Below are positions 33,809 through 45,800 of a stretch of 64,000 bases of DNA, piece after piece (within the stretch, counting starts at the first letter, position 1; each line of letters starts with the position of its first letter). The notes under the pieces were generated by a model. It was not told the DNA's origin. It made no database searches and saw nothing but the letters and a program-made list of their open reading frames with translations. The stretch covers positions 62,001-126,000 of the forward strand of contig NW_024704772.1 of the NCBI RefSeq assembly GCF_018977255.1. Direction: 5' to 3'. The position numbers and the translations under genes were made by a program. The stretch comes from Callorhinchus milii. Its lineage: Eukaryota.

Positions 33809-36800
33809 TGTTTCAGGCACCACAATATTTATTATGGGCAGAAGATTATTTTTGCACAATGTGGCCATGAAACAACTGAATCGGGCTCGTCACTCACTCG
33901 CGCTGAACTCTCATCAAACTCTTTAAAACATATTATATATATATATACACACACACACATATATATCAAGTCCACTTTGAATGAACAAGAACGCAGTGCT
34001 CGTCATCTCATATCATGCAATGAGATACTCGGCTGATTGTAGAGCAACACCAAGTTTAGCATCGGATTTACAAGTTGAACAGAGAAACTTCCACAGCCTC
34101 GTTGGACTGAAATGAAAGGGCAGATCCCGGCTGTCAGCAGCTAAAGCAAACTCATAACCTGCTCCAGACAGGGAAACCCAGAAAGATGTAAACACCGTGC
34201 AACCCCCACACAGACACCACTGCGGGATATTTACCAGCCTCGTCTGAATGCAGGTTCCCCATTAAACACACAGAAATCTGCAGCACAGAAGGCCATTCAG
34301 CCTATCGAGTCCACACCGCCTCACAGAGCATAGCCGAGGAAAACATTTCTCCCTCCCCCAAACTAAAGATAAAACTGCTTTTAGACTTTACAAAAGAAAA
34401 ACGTGGCTAAATTATTTCAGTGCAAGGCTCTGCAGTGGCCAGTTAGTTTCCCTGAACCATATATCAACTTAAAACTCTTCACACTGGTCTACAAATCCCT
34501 TCACGCCCTGGCACCTGTCTACTTCTGACCTGCTTACTCCCACTCCAACTGTGCCTCTGTTAAGCACTCAGACACACTACTCTCCCTGCCTGATGAGCTC
34601 TGCATTATTGCTGTGGTTATTGGAAAAGCCAACCCTGGAGTCTTGATGCTGATATCAGTTTCCTATCCCCAGCTTTACTCCATTCTGCATCAAACCTGCT
34701 CAGAGCCACTGGCACCAGTAAGAATGAGGCAAGACTGGATTTCATCTCCCAATATGGTCTGTGTTGATTATTGAGCAGCCTCAAGATTGAGAGGCACAGG
34801 CAGCAGCCACTACCAGGGAGAGGTGGTAAACCCTCACCATTCCTTGGTTTGTCATCCAGCTGTCTAGTGATCGATTGGTGCTCTCGCTCACTGTGCTCTC
34901 CGTCTGTACCAGAGAAAGTATTTCTTAGTACATTAATCAAGCCCAGACCCCAACTCACCGAGGATGCTCATAGGCCACGTATCACCAGAACAGTACGGCT
35001 AAAATTACTAATGTGGCATTATTAAAAAGGAACCCTGGCAAAGAATCACGTTGAACTACTTTTACCAACTTCATAAAAACTGTTGTCACTGAATTACAAT
35101 ATTACATTTGCACAGTGCTTCTCACGTTGGGAGGACGTCCCAAAGCGCTAGTGAATTAATAAATTAGTGAAGGCGATTTTATTTAGCAAACGAGACGGAC
35201 TGTCTGAGATAGAGAAGCTGACAGTCAAATGTGTACAAAATCACTGAAATGCTTAAAGTATCTGCCACACAAGTATCTGCTGATGGTAATTAATAAAAAG
35301 CAATGTTGTTTTGTTGTGTGTTGTTTTGTTCAGCAATATGAGTGTATTCCCACTTTCTATGTTGCAATTCACAAAGTAAATTGGCCCGAGAACCTGAGAT
35401 CAGCCATAATATCCAAGTACTCACCGCCCCAGTATTGTGCTGCCGTGTGTCCAGTGCTCCAGCCAGCCCCTCAATCGCCTGCGGGTCCTCATACTTTACA
35501 CTGAAAGAAAATCAACAAGTTATTACTATTCAGTGTGTCCATGTTACTTCCTCACAGCGGGAGACAGAATGCAGCACATTTACATATTAGCTGCAGAAAT
35601 CATACTCGCAGTTTCTCACAGCCAAGGCTCCTGTCTGCCTGATGTTGACAGCAACAAATTACATTTCCATGTCCTTTTACATCAGGACAAGCCAACCCTG
35701 TTCCAGGTGCACACAAACATCAGCTGAGATAGCAACACAGGGCGGCCAAGGCTATTTCTGGGTAAACAACCTGCTGAGCCTCACTATCTCTTCAAGAAGT
35801 TAAAAGGGAACTTTGATTGACTGGCCAAGTATCTGTCACACGCTCAAGACTATCCGATCCAGACTGAATGCCACACACACAGACACACACACACTCACAC
35901 AGACACACACACATACACAGACACACACATACACATACACACACAACAGTAATGATCCTTACACTTGATAAAGCGTTTTTGATTTTGGGAGGACATCTCA
36001 AAACGCTTCATAAGATACACTGTAAAGTGGGGTGACTGTGTCACCTAGACATGGAATGAAGTGTGTGCATTCTCTCTCTGCTTAACCAATACCCAATTCT
36101 AGAAATTATTACATAGAGGCAAAGGCTCATGAACCCCCGAATGTGGATTGGAAACTCCTGTAGGTTAATGCACCAGCTAAACCACAAAGCTTTGCCTTTG
36201 TCAACACGGTTTCACATCCAGCTAGAATCACTGGTAAGGCTTTGGCTTGTAGCCTTCCCAGTACTGCTAACAAATCATCGCTTCAGACACAGGATACGGG
36301 ATTAAAACAGTTTCTCAAACAGTCGGCGCTGCAGAGATTAATAGCAAAGCAGCTTCAGACGTCAACAAATAAACAATTCATTATGTGGAGTGTTTACTTC
36401 ACATGTGGAAACACAATAATTCAAATACAACGACAACTTACATTTGTACAGTGTCTTTTACATCAGGAGGACCCCCAAAGTCTAAATACACACACTTTAG
36501 TGAGGAAAAAAACACTCCTGTTTTCTTGGAAATTTCTGTAGTTTTTCCTAATCTAGTGAAGTCTAGTTAATAGGAGTGACTGAGGAGAACAGGACAGAAT
36601 CCCCTCCCTCGCACCCAGATTTGCTTTTTTAAACAACTGCATTTAGCAATCATCATCATCTTCATCAAACAGCAAAGTCTCTGCACTCACCTGACACGGC
36701 AGAGCTGCACAACAGGACACAACCCAGCTTGAATGTCCTGCCAATCCCTTAGCATCAAACAAGCATTTAAAATGAAGAGGATAAAAAGACGGTGAAGCGA

Positions 36801-39800
36801 GCAAGCCTCAGCTGTCGCTGGTGGAGTTGACGGAGAACAGCTTGGGGTTTTTGCGATCAAACTTTTCAAAAAAGTGCGGGTCAGTGAAGGGCCCGCTGAG
36901 AATGATGGCTTCCAGGAAAAAATACAGAACGACGATCAGCAAACAGATGAGGAAAAACGGAATGAACTGTTTCAAGTCATTCAGATCCATCTCTTTGGGG
37001 GCTTGTCAGCAAACTAACGAAGGGCTTTTGCAGGGCACACACTTGTGAAGTAAAAATAGAACGTGTCTGAAAATGATCCCGACACACACACACACACACT
37101 CGTGGATTAGATTTAGAAATGTATTTACATCTCATTTAAAAAGGACACGGCGACTCTCTGCTGTCCTTTGACGTTTCTCCTGGCCAGAGCAAGATCAAAT
37201 TTTAAAAAAAAGTACTCAAACCTTATTCTAGATTTTCTTCCAAAAGAAGGTATTTTTGCCAAATTTATTTTCGGTTTTAGAACACGATCCATTTCCCTCT
37301 TTGCCAGCCCCACGTACACACCATTCACCGGGGAAGGGATCAGAAGTTTCAGGACGCTATTCAGCCCATGAAACCTTCTCTTTTTTAAAATAACAGTTTT
37401 AAAATAACATATTCCTTGGTTTACCTACATGCAGCAAATAGGAACCCAGATGTTAGTCAATTGGCGGATCGCTTTCTGGGGTCAGAACAACAACTACAAC
37501 AACCATCACCAGTAAAATTTATTATATTCCTTTCACTGAATATTCCCAGGGGACCAAAGCAATGCCCAATAGCCAGGGAGACAGCACATTCTGTGGTGAT
37601 GGTCAGCGGGAGTTGGGATACCGTCACCAGTATTAAATGACAGCACTTGTCTTCACTAAAGGAATAAGTGAATCACGGTGGGGTTTCACACTGAACCATT
37701 GCCCAGATATTCAAGATAAATGACGTTCCCTCCAGGCCCAGTGGGAAGATCCAGTGAAAACAAAGGTAAACTTGCCGAGATCAGCAGGGCCTGACTTCAT
37801 GTGTTGATTTAGCCCTCCAGATAGTGGATCAAGATGCAAATAGAACTAATGACACCAAGAGAAAGGCAATGAGGAAACAGACAGACAGAGACAGTCACAG
37901 ACACTCACTTCTTGCGCTGGTCGGCCAGGGAGCTACTTCTGGTTTGTGCAAACATGTCAAACTCTTCCTCCTCAGTTTTTGCAGTGACGTTGGGCTCCAA
38001 CGACTTGAGGGTTCCACTCACATCGTCTCCGGCCACATCTAAAGGTAGACAATCCCCCGTTCATCTCAAATCTCCTCAAGACAATCTAGATGAATATCTG
38101 AGCACACGGGAGCTCGGGTTTGGTTTGAGACAGTTAGGAGGGAGAGTGGAGAGAGGGCGGGACAAGGGGAGAGGTAAAATCCAGGATTTGCAACAGGATT
38201 CAGAAATAATGAACCATGCAAATACATTGATGCAGTCAAGTTAACCCACGGGAACACACTCTGACCCAATTTCTTTCTAGGTGTCCTGGTAACCTGCAGG
38301 ATTATATCCTGTGCCACACTACATTTTCAACTACATATACACACACAGAATGGTTCTTTAAAGTGGAGTCCTGCAACTCAGTAGTTAGAGCAATCGCCTC
38401 GCAAGCAAGAGATCTGGGTTTGATTCCCGGGCAGGGCGAAACCTTGGGCAAGTTTCCTTACTTCACACACACGCCTCTATTTATTTAGCAGTAAGTAGGA
38501 ACCCGGTTGTTAGGTGATTGGCAGGATCATTTTTCTGTGCGTAATATTCCCTTCAATAAAAATTTAAATTTGGTCACTCAATTGTGGGGACGCTGTTGTG
38601 CACAATTGGCTGCCACATTTCACCCACAAAATATACAGTCAATTCACTTTACAGTATGTCCTGTGAAGTGCTTTGAGACGTCTCGAAGACGTGATAAGGT
38701 GCTATATCAAATGCAAGGGTTATTATTATATAGGAATCACATTCTTTCCTCTTGTGATTCCAGCACTAATAGCCACATCCCCCCCTCGCTTAGCTCCCTA
38801 GCCCAGAGGCGGGTAGTGGGAGCTGGTTTATACATCTCACAGACTCTCATTCTTTACTTTCTAGTTAGCATTTCCCTCTTCTCTTTCAGATCTGAGTCAA
38901 ACTAGAATATGGTTACCCCTGGTGTCGACCGCACTCTGCTACCTTACTCACAAGTTGCAATTCGTCAGGTTCAACTATCACACCCACCATGAGTCTCAGC
39001 CTTCGACAGAGGGAATAATTAGATGGGAAAGTCATCCCTTTACCGTGAATCACTGAGTAACAACACTTACTGAGGCCAGCCAGTTGTGTGGACAAAGCCG
39101 AGGCCGGCACGGGGCTGACGATGGCCGGGGAGTTTGGTGTCAGGTCGATCAGACTGTCTGGGTTCTCGGTTCCAATCAATACCTTCAGAATAAACAGACA
39201 GAGGAATATGAGCAACAGAACTTGAGGAAGCAGCTGACCACGTGAACAGCATCTGAGCACAAGCTCAGGGCATACAAACTTGTGTCATTTCTGCAATTCT
39301 AACTGGATGGTTTGTGAGTCACCGAGTCACTGCCAAACCCATGTAAAGGGACTGGATAAACACAAGTCATTATTGCTGAATCTCACTATGAACTTGGCAA
39401 TTTACATCATCATCTTTGACTAAAAGTACCGATGGCTGTTGTATCACATTAGAACCTGATGTGTGTACGAGATCATTAGTCCTGGATTACTGTAATCCTA
39501 TATCTCCTGTCTCCACTGAAGTCATTGAGGGTGTGAAAGAGAAGTGTGACAGAGGGTAACAAGTACAGGACACAGCAGGCTTGCTTTGTGAGCTGCACTA
39601 ACAATATTCGTCACGCATTTTGCATTTCCAAACGCCTTCCCCCAGCATAAAGTGCAGAGAAAATGCCAACCATCTCGATAACAAACTCCACAGCAAACAT
39701 ACACCTGAGAACAACAATGAGAAAATCTGGATTTGCAGTGCTCTCTGAATTAGATACAAGGTCAGTGTTTATTGTCACTCACTCCCTCAATCTCACGACC

Positions 39801-42800
39801 CCATTATCATCACTGTGGAGTCCTGTAGCTCAGTGGTTAGAGCACTCGCTTTGCAAGTGAGAGACCTGAGTTCAATTCCAGGCGAAACCTTGGGCAAGTT
39901 TCCTTACTCCACACAGAGCCTAATAATAATCCCTCCAAAACTAAAAACAATAATAAATTTTCAATCCACGACTGTTTGTGGGACATTGCTGTGCGTAATT
40001 GGCTGCCGCATTCGCCCACAAATATACAGTCAATTCACTCTACAGTGTGTTCTGTGAAGCGCTTTGGGACGTCCTCCCGACGTGAAAAGCGCTGTATCAA
40101 ATGCCAGGATTATTATTATTATTGTTATCACTGCAGGAAATGTAAAGGAAAGTAATTGCACTCACTGAGTTCACAGCATTCTGTCCCGTTCTAAACCGTT
40201 CGAACCTGAAAATAGATTGAAGGTGAAGCAAAGAACTCTGTTGTCCGTTGGCAAAACAAATTATACAAGAAAAGTCTAAGTGCTTCTATTCCCTGCTGCT
40301 GAGGATCAGCTACAATCACATGATCATCAGAGTGAGGATTCTTCACTTTTGACCAATAACTACATTTCCCAAACAGAAACCTGGCTTATTAACACGACAA
40401 TGTGTAAATCAATCCACAACTTGGCTATCCTGCCTGCATTACAGTTAACCTGATAAATAACCTGTGCATTAAGCAATGAGTTGAAACAATAACCCAACAC
40501 AGCTAATTCCAGTGGTACGAAATTACAAAAAAAAAGTAGTCATTCAATCCACGATTGTTTGTTTATGTGCAATATCAAATACAAGGATTCTTCTTCTTCA
40601 TATTATTATTATCGAAAAAGCAATGTGAAAGAGCTACAAATAACTGACAAATACCTTGCGGACACAGGGCAGACTCAGGCTCACCTGTCATATCGCAGGA
40701 AGACATTATTGAGGTTGTCGTTGACATGCAGAAGCTCCTCAGTGACCTGCTCATTTGTCACACGAGAGATTAGCTCCAGCAACCGCTGCTGCATCGCCCG
40801 ACATGTCCTGTTCAGCTCCTGGGGGCGGCAAGGGGACATTTAAACAATAACTAGCAAAAGACAAATCATCTATAGACAGGGCAAGGCTAAAGCAGTAAGA
40901 AAGCGATTAATTAGGTTTCTAGTGTGATCAGGAAGTTCTTTTTCATTTTAGCAGCAGAAATTCACCACAGGATTTGCACACCCACCACCAAACACCCACC
41001 ACCCACTACTCCCCACCCAACCAGCCACCCACCCACACAGAAATCATATGTTATTCAGCTGCTGATGGATTGCTAACAGAGTGATATTAAACCATGGTTT
41101 GTTTCACCTGAAGCAGCTCAAGATCTGAAGAGTCCTCTTGTCCGGGGACCATCTCAGTTAACATCTCAGACATGACCTTTACGTTGCCGTTCACAACATC
41201 CAGCTCACCGCGCAGTTTAGCGATCTGTAAAGTACACACAGAGTGAAGTCAATCTGTGCAGCAAAGACACGAAAAGGGGATTTCTCCGTCAAAAACTGGG
41301 TCATTCTCAGTCCCACCAGCAGATGGCAAACGAGTAATAATAATAATAGATCATTAATAATAATAATCCCTGCATTTGATATAGCACTTTCCACGTCTTC
41401 TCGACGTCTCAAACACTTCACAGGATATCCTGTAAAGTGAAGTGACGTATATTTGTGGGCGAAACAGGGCAGCCAATTGTGCCCAGCAGCGTCCCACAAA
41501 CAGCCATGGATTGAAGCGACCAAATTATTATTAAATTATTTTATCTTGAGGGATTATTATCAGACGTGTGTGTGGAGTAAGGAAACTTGCCCAAGGTTTC
41601 GCCCTGACCTGCCGGAATCAAACCCAGGTCTCTCGCTTGTGAGGCAAGTGCTCTAACCATTGAGCTACAGGACCCCATTTGGTATGAAAACAGAAAGTGC
41701 AGTTGAGTTTACACATTAATAATAATCCTTGACACAGCGGCTCATCACATCTTCGAGACCTCTCAAAGCGCTTCACAGGATACACTATAAAGACTGTATA
41801 TTTTGTTTGAGAAACCGACAACCAATTGTGCACAGCAGCGTCCCAGAAACAGTCGTGGATTGAGTGACCACTTCTTTTTATTTATTATATTTTTTGAGGG
41901 AATTATTACCCCCAGAAAGCAATCTGTTAATCGACAATTGGGTTCGTACTTATTGCTAGGTAAACAGAGGTGTGTGGAGTAAGGAAACTTGCCGGGAATC
42001 GAACCCAGGACCTCTCAATTGTGAATGCTCCAACCACTGAGCTACAGACCATTCTGGCTCCATGCACACCCACAGGAGACAAGGGGCTGGCTGGGGAGGT
42101 GGGGGGCTGGCTGGGGATGGGGGGGGCTGGCTGGGGAGGTGGGAGGGTAGAGGAGGGGCTGAAAGTTACCTGTTCGAGGGAGGGAGTGATGGCACCGTCT
42201 GCTGAAGCCCCTGGAATGGGCAGCTCCGAGGCGGGGTAGACAGCAGGGGCTGGGGGCTGTAGGGGGACGGCATTGTGCGTCTCCGCTGGGTCCACCTCAG
42301 GGATACTCTGGAAAATAATAATTCCACATTCATACAACAACGACAACAACAACAGGCGACAAAGAAACAGCAACAAAGCAAATCCCACACAATCCAAAAT
42401 GGGAGCGAGTTCTCACACATCCCGGGACTGTGGGGAAGCTGATCCACACCACAGGGAGATTGTGAAACATTGATGCCGTTGTGTTCAGTTGCTCACTTGC
42501 TCAGTGAGGATGGCAGGAGGCGCTGTCAATCCCACCAGTTTACAGGGAAGGTGGGAGCCAGAGAGTTTCCCTCCCAATCCCATGGGAAGCACAGGGTGAA
42601 TTTTTCCGCACTCACTGGCTTAGGAAGCGAACAATCGAGAGCGCCACAGAGGGCTGACTCGATCCCACATTCGTTGCCAAACACATCCACCTTGGAGCCA
42701 AGGAGACCACCCTTTCCCCCCCTCCTCCCACCCCCCACCGAGGAAAGGCGTAAACACAGCAAAGCCAACCTGTTTGAGCCGCAAGTTCATACAGACCCGT

Positions 42801-45800
42801 TGTGGCGTGTGGATGGGCGACAGAGCGTCCAGGTCAGTCATCGGGAACTCGAGCCCTTTCCTCCGCAGTTCCTCGTACATGGCCACGACCCCAGTGAGGT
42901 CTGGAGTGCTGCGGAATGCATCAGCCCATGCCTGCACAGCATTAAACAAGGTTACTGTATGTGATGCTTCGCCATTTTCTGCTGTGTAAAGCTCGGTGCA
43001 GTTAGTTATGTTCCTTACAGACACTGAATACCGTGTATCAAGTGATTACTGACCTGAATTAAACTCAACACTTTGTCCTGCACAACATTGGGGGGGTTGT
43101 TTTTGGGCAGAATGGTTTTGACCAACACGCCTTCCACAAAGTCCCGACTGGCAACAAGGACATGGAACCGATGGCCACAATTCTTCACGCACGTCTCCAG
43201 AACCTTCAACAAGAGCAGCAGCTTTAACGCACACTTCAAACCTTTCACTTCTCCTCTCACCAACATTGCTCACATCAGCCTGGACACAGAGGTCACAGCA
43301 AGCGTTCTTACCAAAGCATCTCAACCACAGCTTGTTCGACAAAGCGGGGAATGGAAATCCAGGCTAATTTCCAGGCTAATCAAGTGCAAGAAATAACTTC
43401 TTGTTTTTAGCACATTGTGTTGAAATATTTCAAAAACACTTCGTTGAAGTGTTGCAACTGCTCTTGAAGGCAGACACGGCCATCGTCTTTTGCATAGCAA
43501 TGCTCACGAGGTGGAAAACCAATAAGTCTGAAGGATTGTCAGCCACGGCACAGAGAGACAGACTGTCTTCTCTTCTCAAATAGTGTCACCTTCCTCAATG
43601 GCTACCTGAGCAGGCGCAGGGACTCAGCGTAGTAATATATCCCAATACAGATTTACATTAATATAGACAGAGCTTTCACACCAGGAGAACATCCCAAGTA
43701 CTGCAGTTAACTCAACAACCAACTGACTCAACATAATACCTAATACCTGAGAAGTTAATAACATGAGCAAATAAGCCAACGAACAGCAAAGATGATCTTT
43801 CTTCTGCACAAATTATTATTATTACAAAGACTTACTTTAAGATAAATACTAACCGTCAGACACAGCATCACCTCCCGGAAGTTTTTATTTCCCGCGAGCC
43901 TTTTCCTCAAGGCCCTGATGGCATCTTTTGGTCTGAAACAGAAGCAGAGAATGACTGAATGAACAAAAACAATCCTCAGTACTGTGAGATGCAATGGGAA
44001 CTGATTTCTAGTGAAACATCCTATTCCTAGCTCCACTGATGGTGCAGTTGGTAAAGCCACAGCCCAAAGTAAACCTCGTCATCAGGTCCATTGTCTCACT
44101 CAGGCCATAAACACCCACCCCACCCGCCCCGTGATGGTAGCCACAGGCCATTAGTGTAACATCAACGGAATTCAGTAAAATTGCTTCACATTATAATACA
44201 AAGTTCCTGTGCCAAGGCCTCAGATTTACCTCCATTTCCGTGTTGACTTGTCTCCACTTGCTGCACTGCCCCCCAAAGCAGCTATACTTTGCTGATAATT
44301 ACAGATTTGGGTGCAAAACAAGCAAAATATAGATAAGAGACTAATGACTCAATCTCACTGAACTTGTACCAAACTGAGCCACGTTGACCTGGAAAGTCCC
44401 AGCGTCAATCTCTGCCAAATCGATGTCAACTTCCTCAGCAGGTTTCTTTACAAGAGTTTCCTGATGCCAATCACTAACAGTGACTGCAGCTGGTTAGTGC
44501 ACGATTAATGTTCAGTCCATACAGGGCCAGGCTTGACTGCTCTCTCTAACTCCCCCCTCCCTCACCCCCAGCCACGCGACTCAGACCAGATAAATAATAA
44601 TAATCCTTGCTGTATGGGTGAATTGCACCTCAGCACGACTCACAGCAAATGTGAGTGTGTAAACAGACAAGCATATCTGCTAAATGTGTAAAGTTGTGAA
44701 AACATCACCATTGGTGCATTAGCTGAATCATTCGCTGAGCTGTCAGAACCCTGCACTGTCCATTGCTCTCATACTGCGTTTCATGACAGTTTTCCTGTTA
44801 ACGGACCTGAGGAAAAGTCTAGGTTGACTTGGGAGACAGTCAGTGGGACATGAGCTCTTTGCCCCAGTGGCAGCGATTCACAAACCACAGGGTGGGGCCA
44901 GACTGACATTCAGATGTTAGGAGGAACCGTAAACCACATATCCCTCCCTGCAGCAGGACTTCACTATCCTGTTTGTTTGCTGTTTAAATAGCAATAAAAT
45001 CCTCCTATGACCCAGCGGGCTTTATAAATCTGCAGTACGTTTTCAGGAGTCAGCACTCTGGCCTCTGTGTCAGGGCTTTAAGGTCACTTTAGGCTGACAT
45101 ACCAGGGAGGTGCTGTAGGAGCACTGCCGTAAAGGAGGTGCCGTCTTTGAACATCTGCCGTCTGCCCGTTTAGATAGTTGTTAAAAACTCCCACAAGACG
45201 AGCCCTGGGAACCATCTCACACCTCTCCTCTACACTTCCCCACCCCAACCAGAACAATGCAGTTAAAATCACCTTTAAAATAGCCAAACAAAATATCTCA
45301 AAGTTTCCTGTGCACTGTTCATGCCAAAAATTGCAAAATAAGACAAAAAAAATCTATTGCAGTTTTCACTAATTGAAATCTCTGCCCAGACGATGTACAC
45401 AGAGGATAAGGGCTCTGGGACTCCACCCTACGTGAGAAACGCTGTATAAATGCAAGATGTGGAGTCCTGTAGCTCAGTGGTTAGAGCACTCGCTTTGCAA
45501 GTGAGAGACCTGAGTTCAATTCCAGGCAGAGGGCGAAACCTTGGGCAAGTTTCCTTACTCCACACAGAGCCTAATAATAATCCCTCCAAACCAAAAACAA
45601 TAATAAATTGGTCATTTTCAATCCATATGACTGTTTGTGGGACATTGCTGTGCGCAATTGGCTGCCGCGTTCGCCCACAAATATACAGTCAATTCGCTTT
45701 ACAGTATATTCTGTGAAGCGCTTTGGGACGTCCTCCCGACGTGAAAAGCGCTATATCAAATGCAAGGATTATTATTATTATTATTATTATGTTGTTCCTT

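Noticed and set aside
37125-37328. 67-aa basic ORF just upstream of the nested TM ORF
   Set aside because: Non-ATG start, no codon bias and no recognisable motif; more likely UTR or promoter of the nested unit.
45461-45535. tRNA-like sequences at SINE heads (also 39817, 51505, 62437 and others)
   Set aside because: A/B boxes are present but there is no proper acceptor stem or terminator, and each runs into the SINE body.
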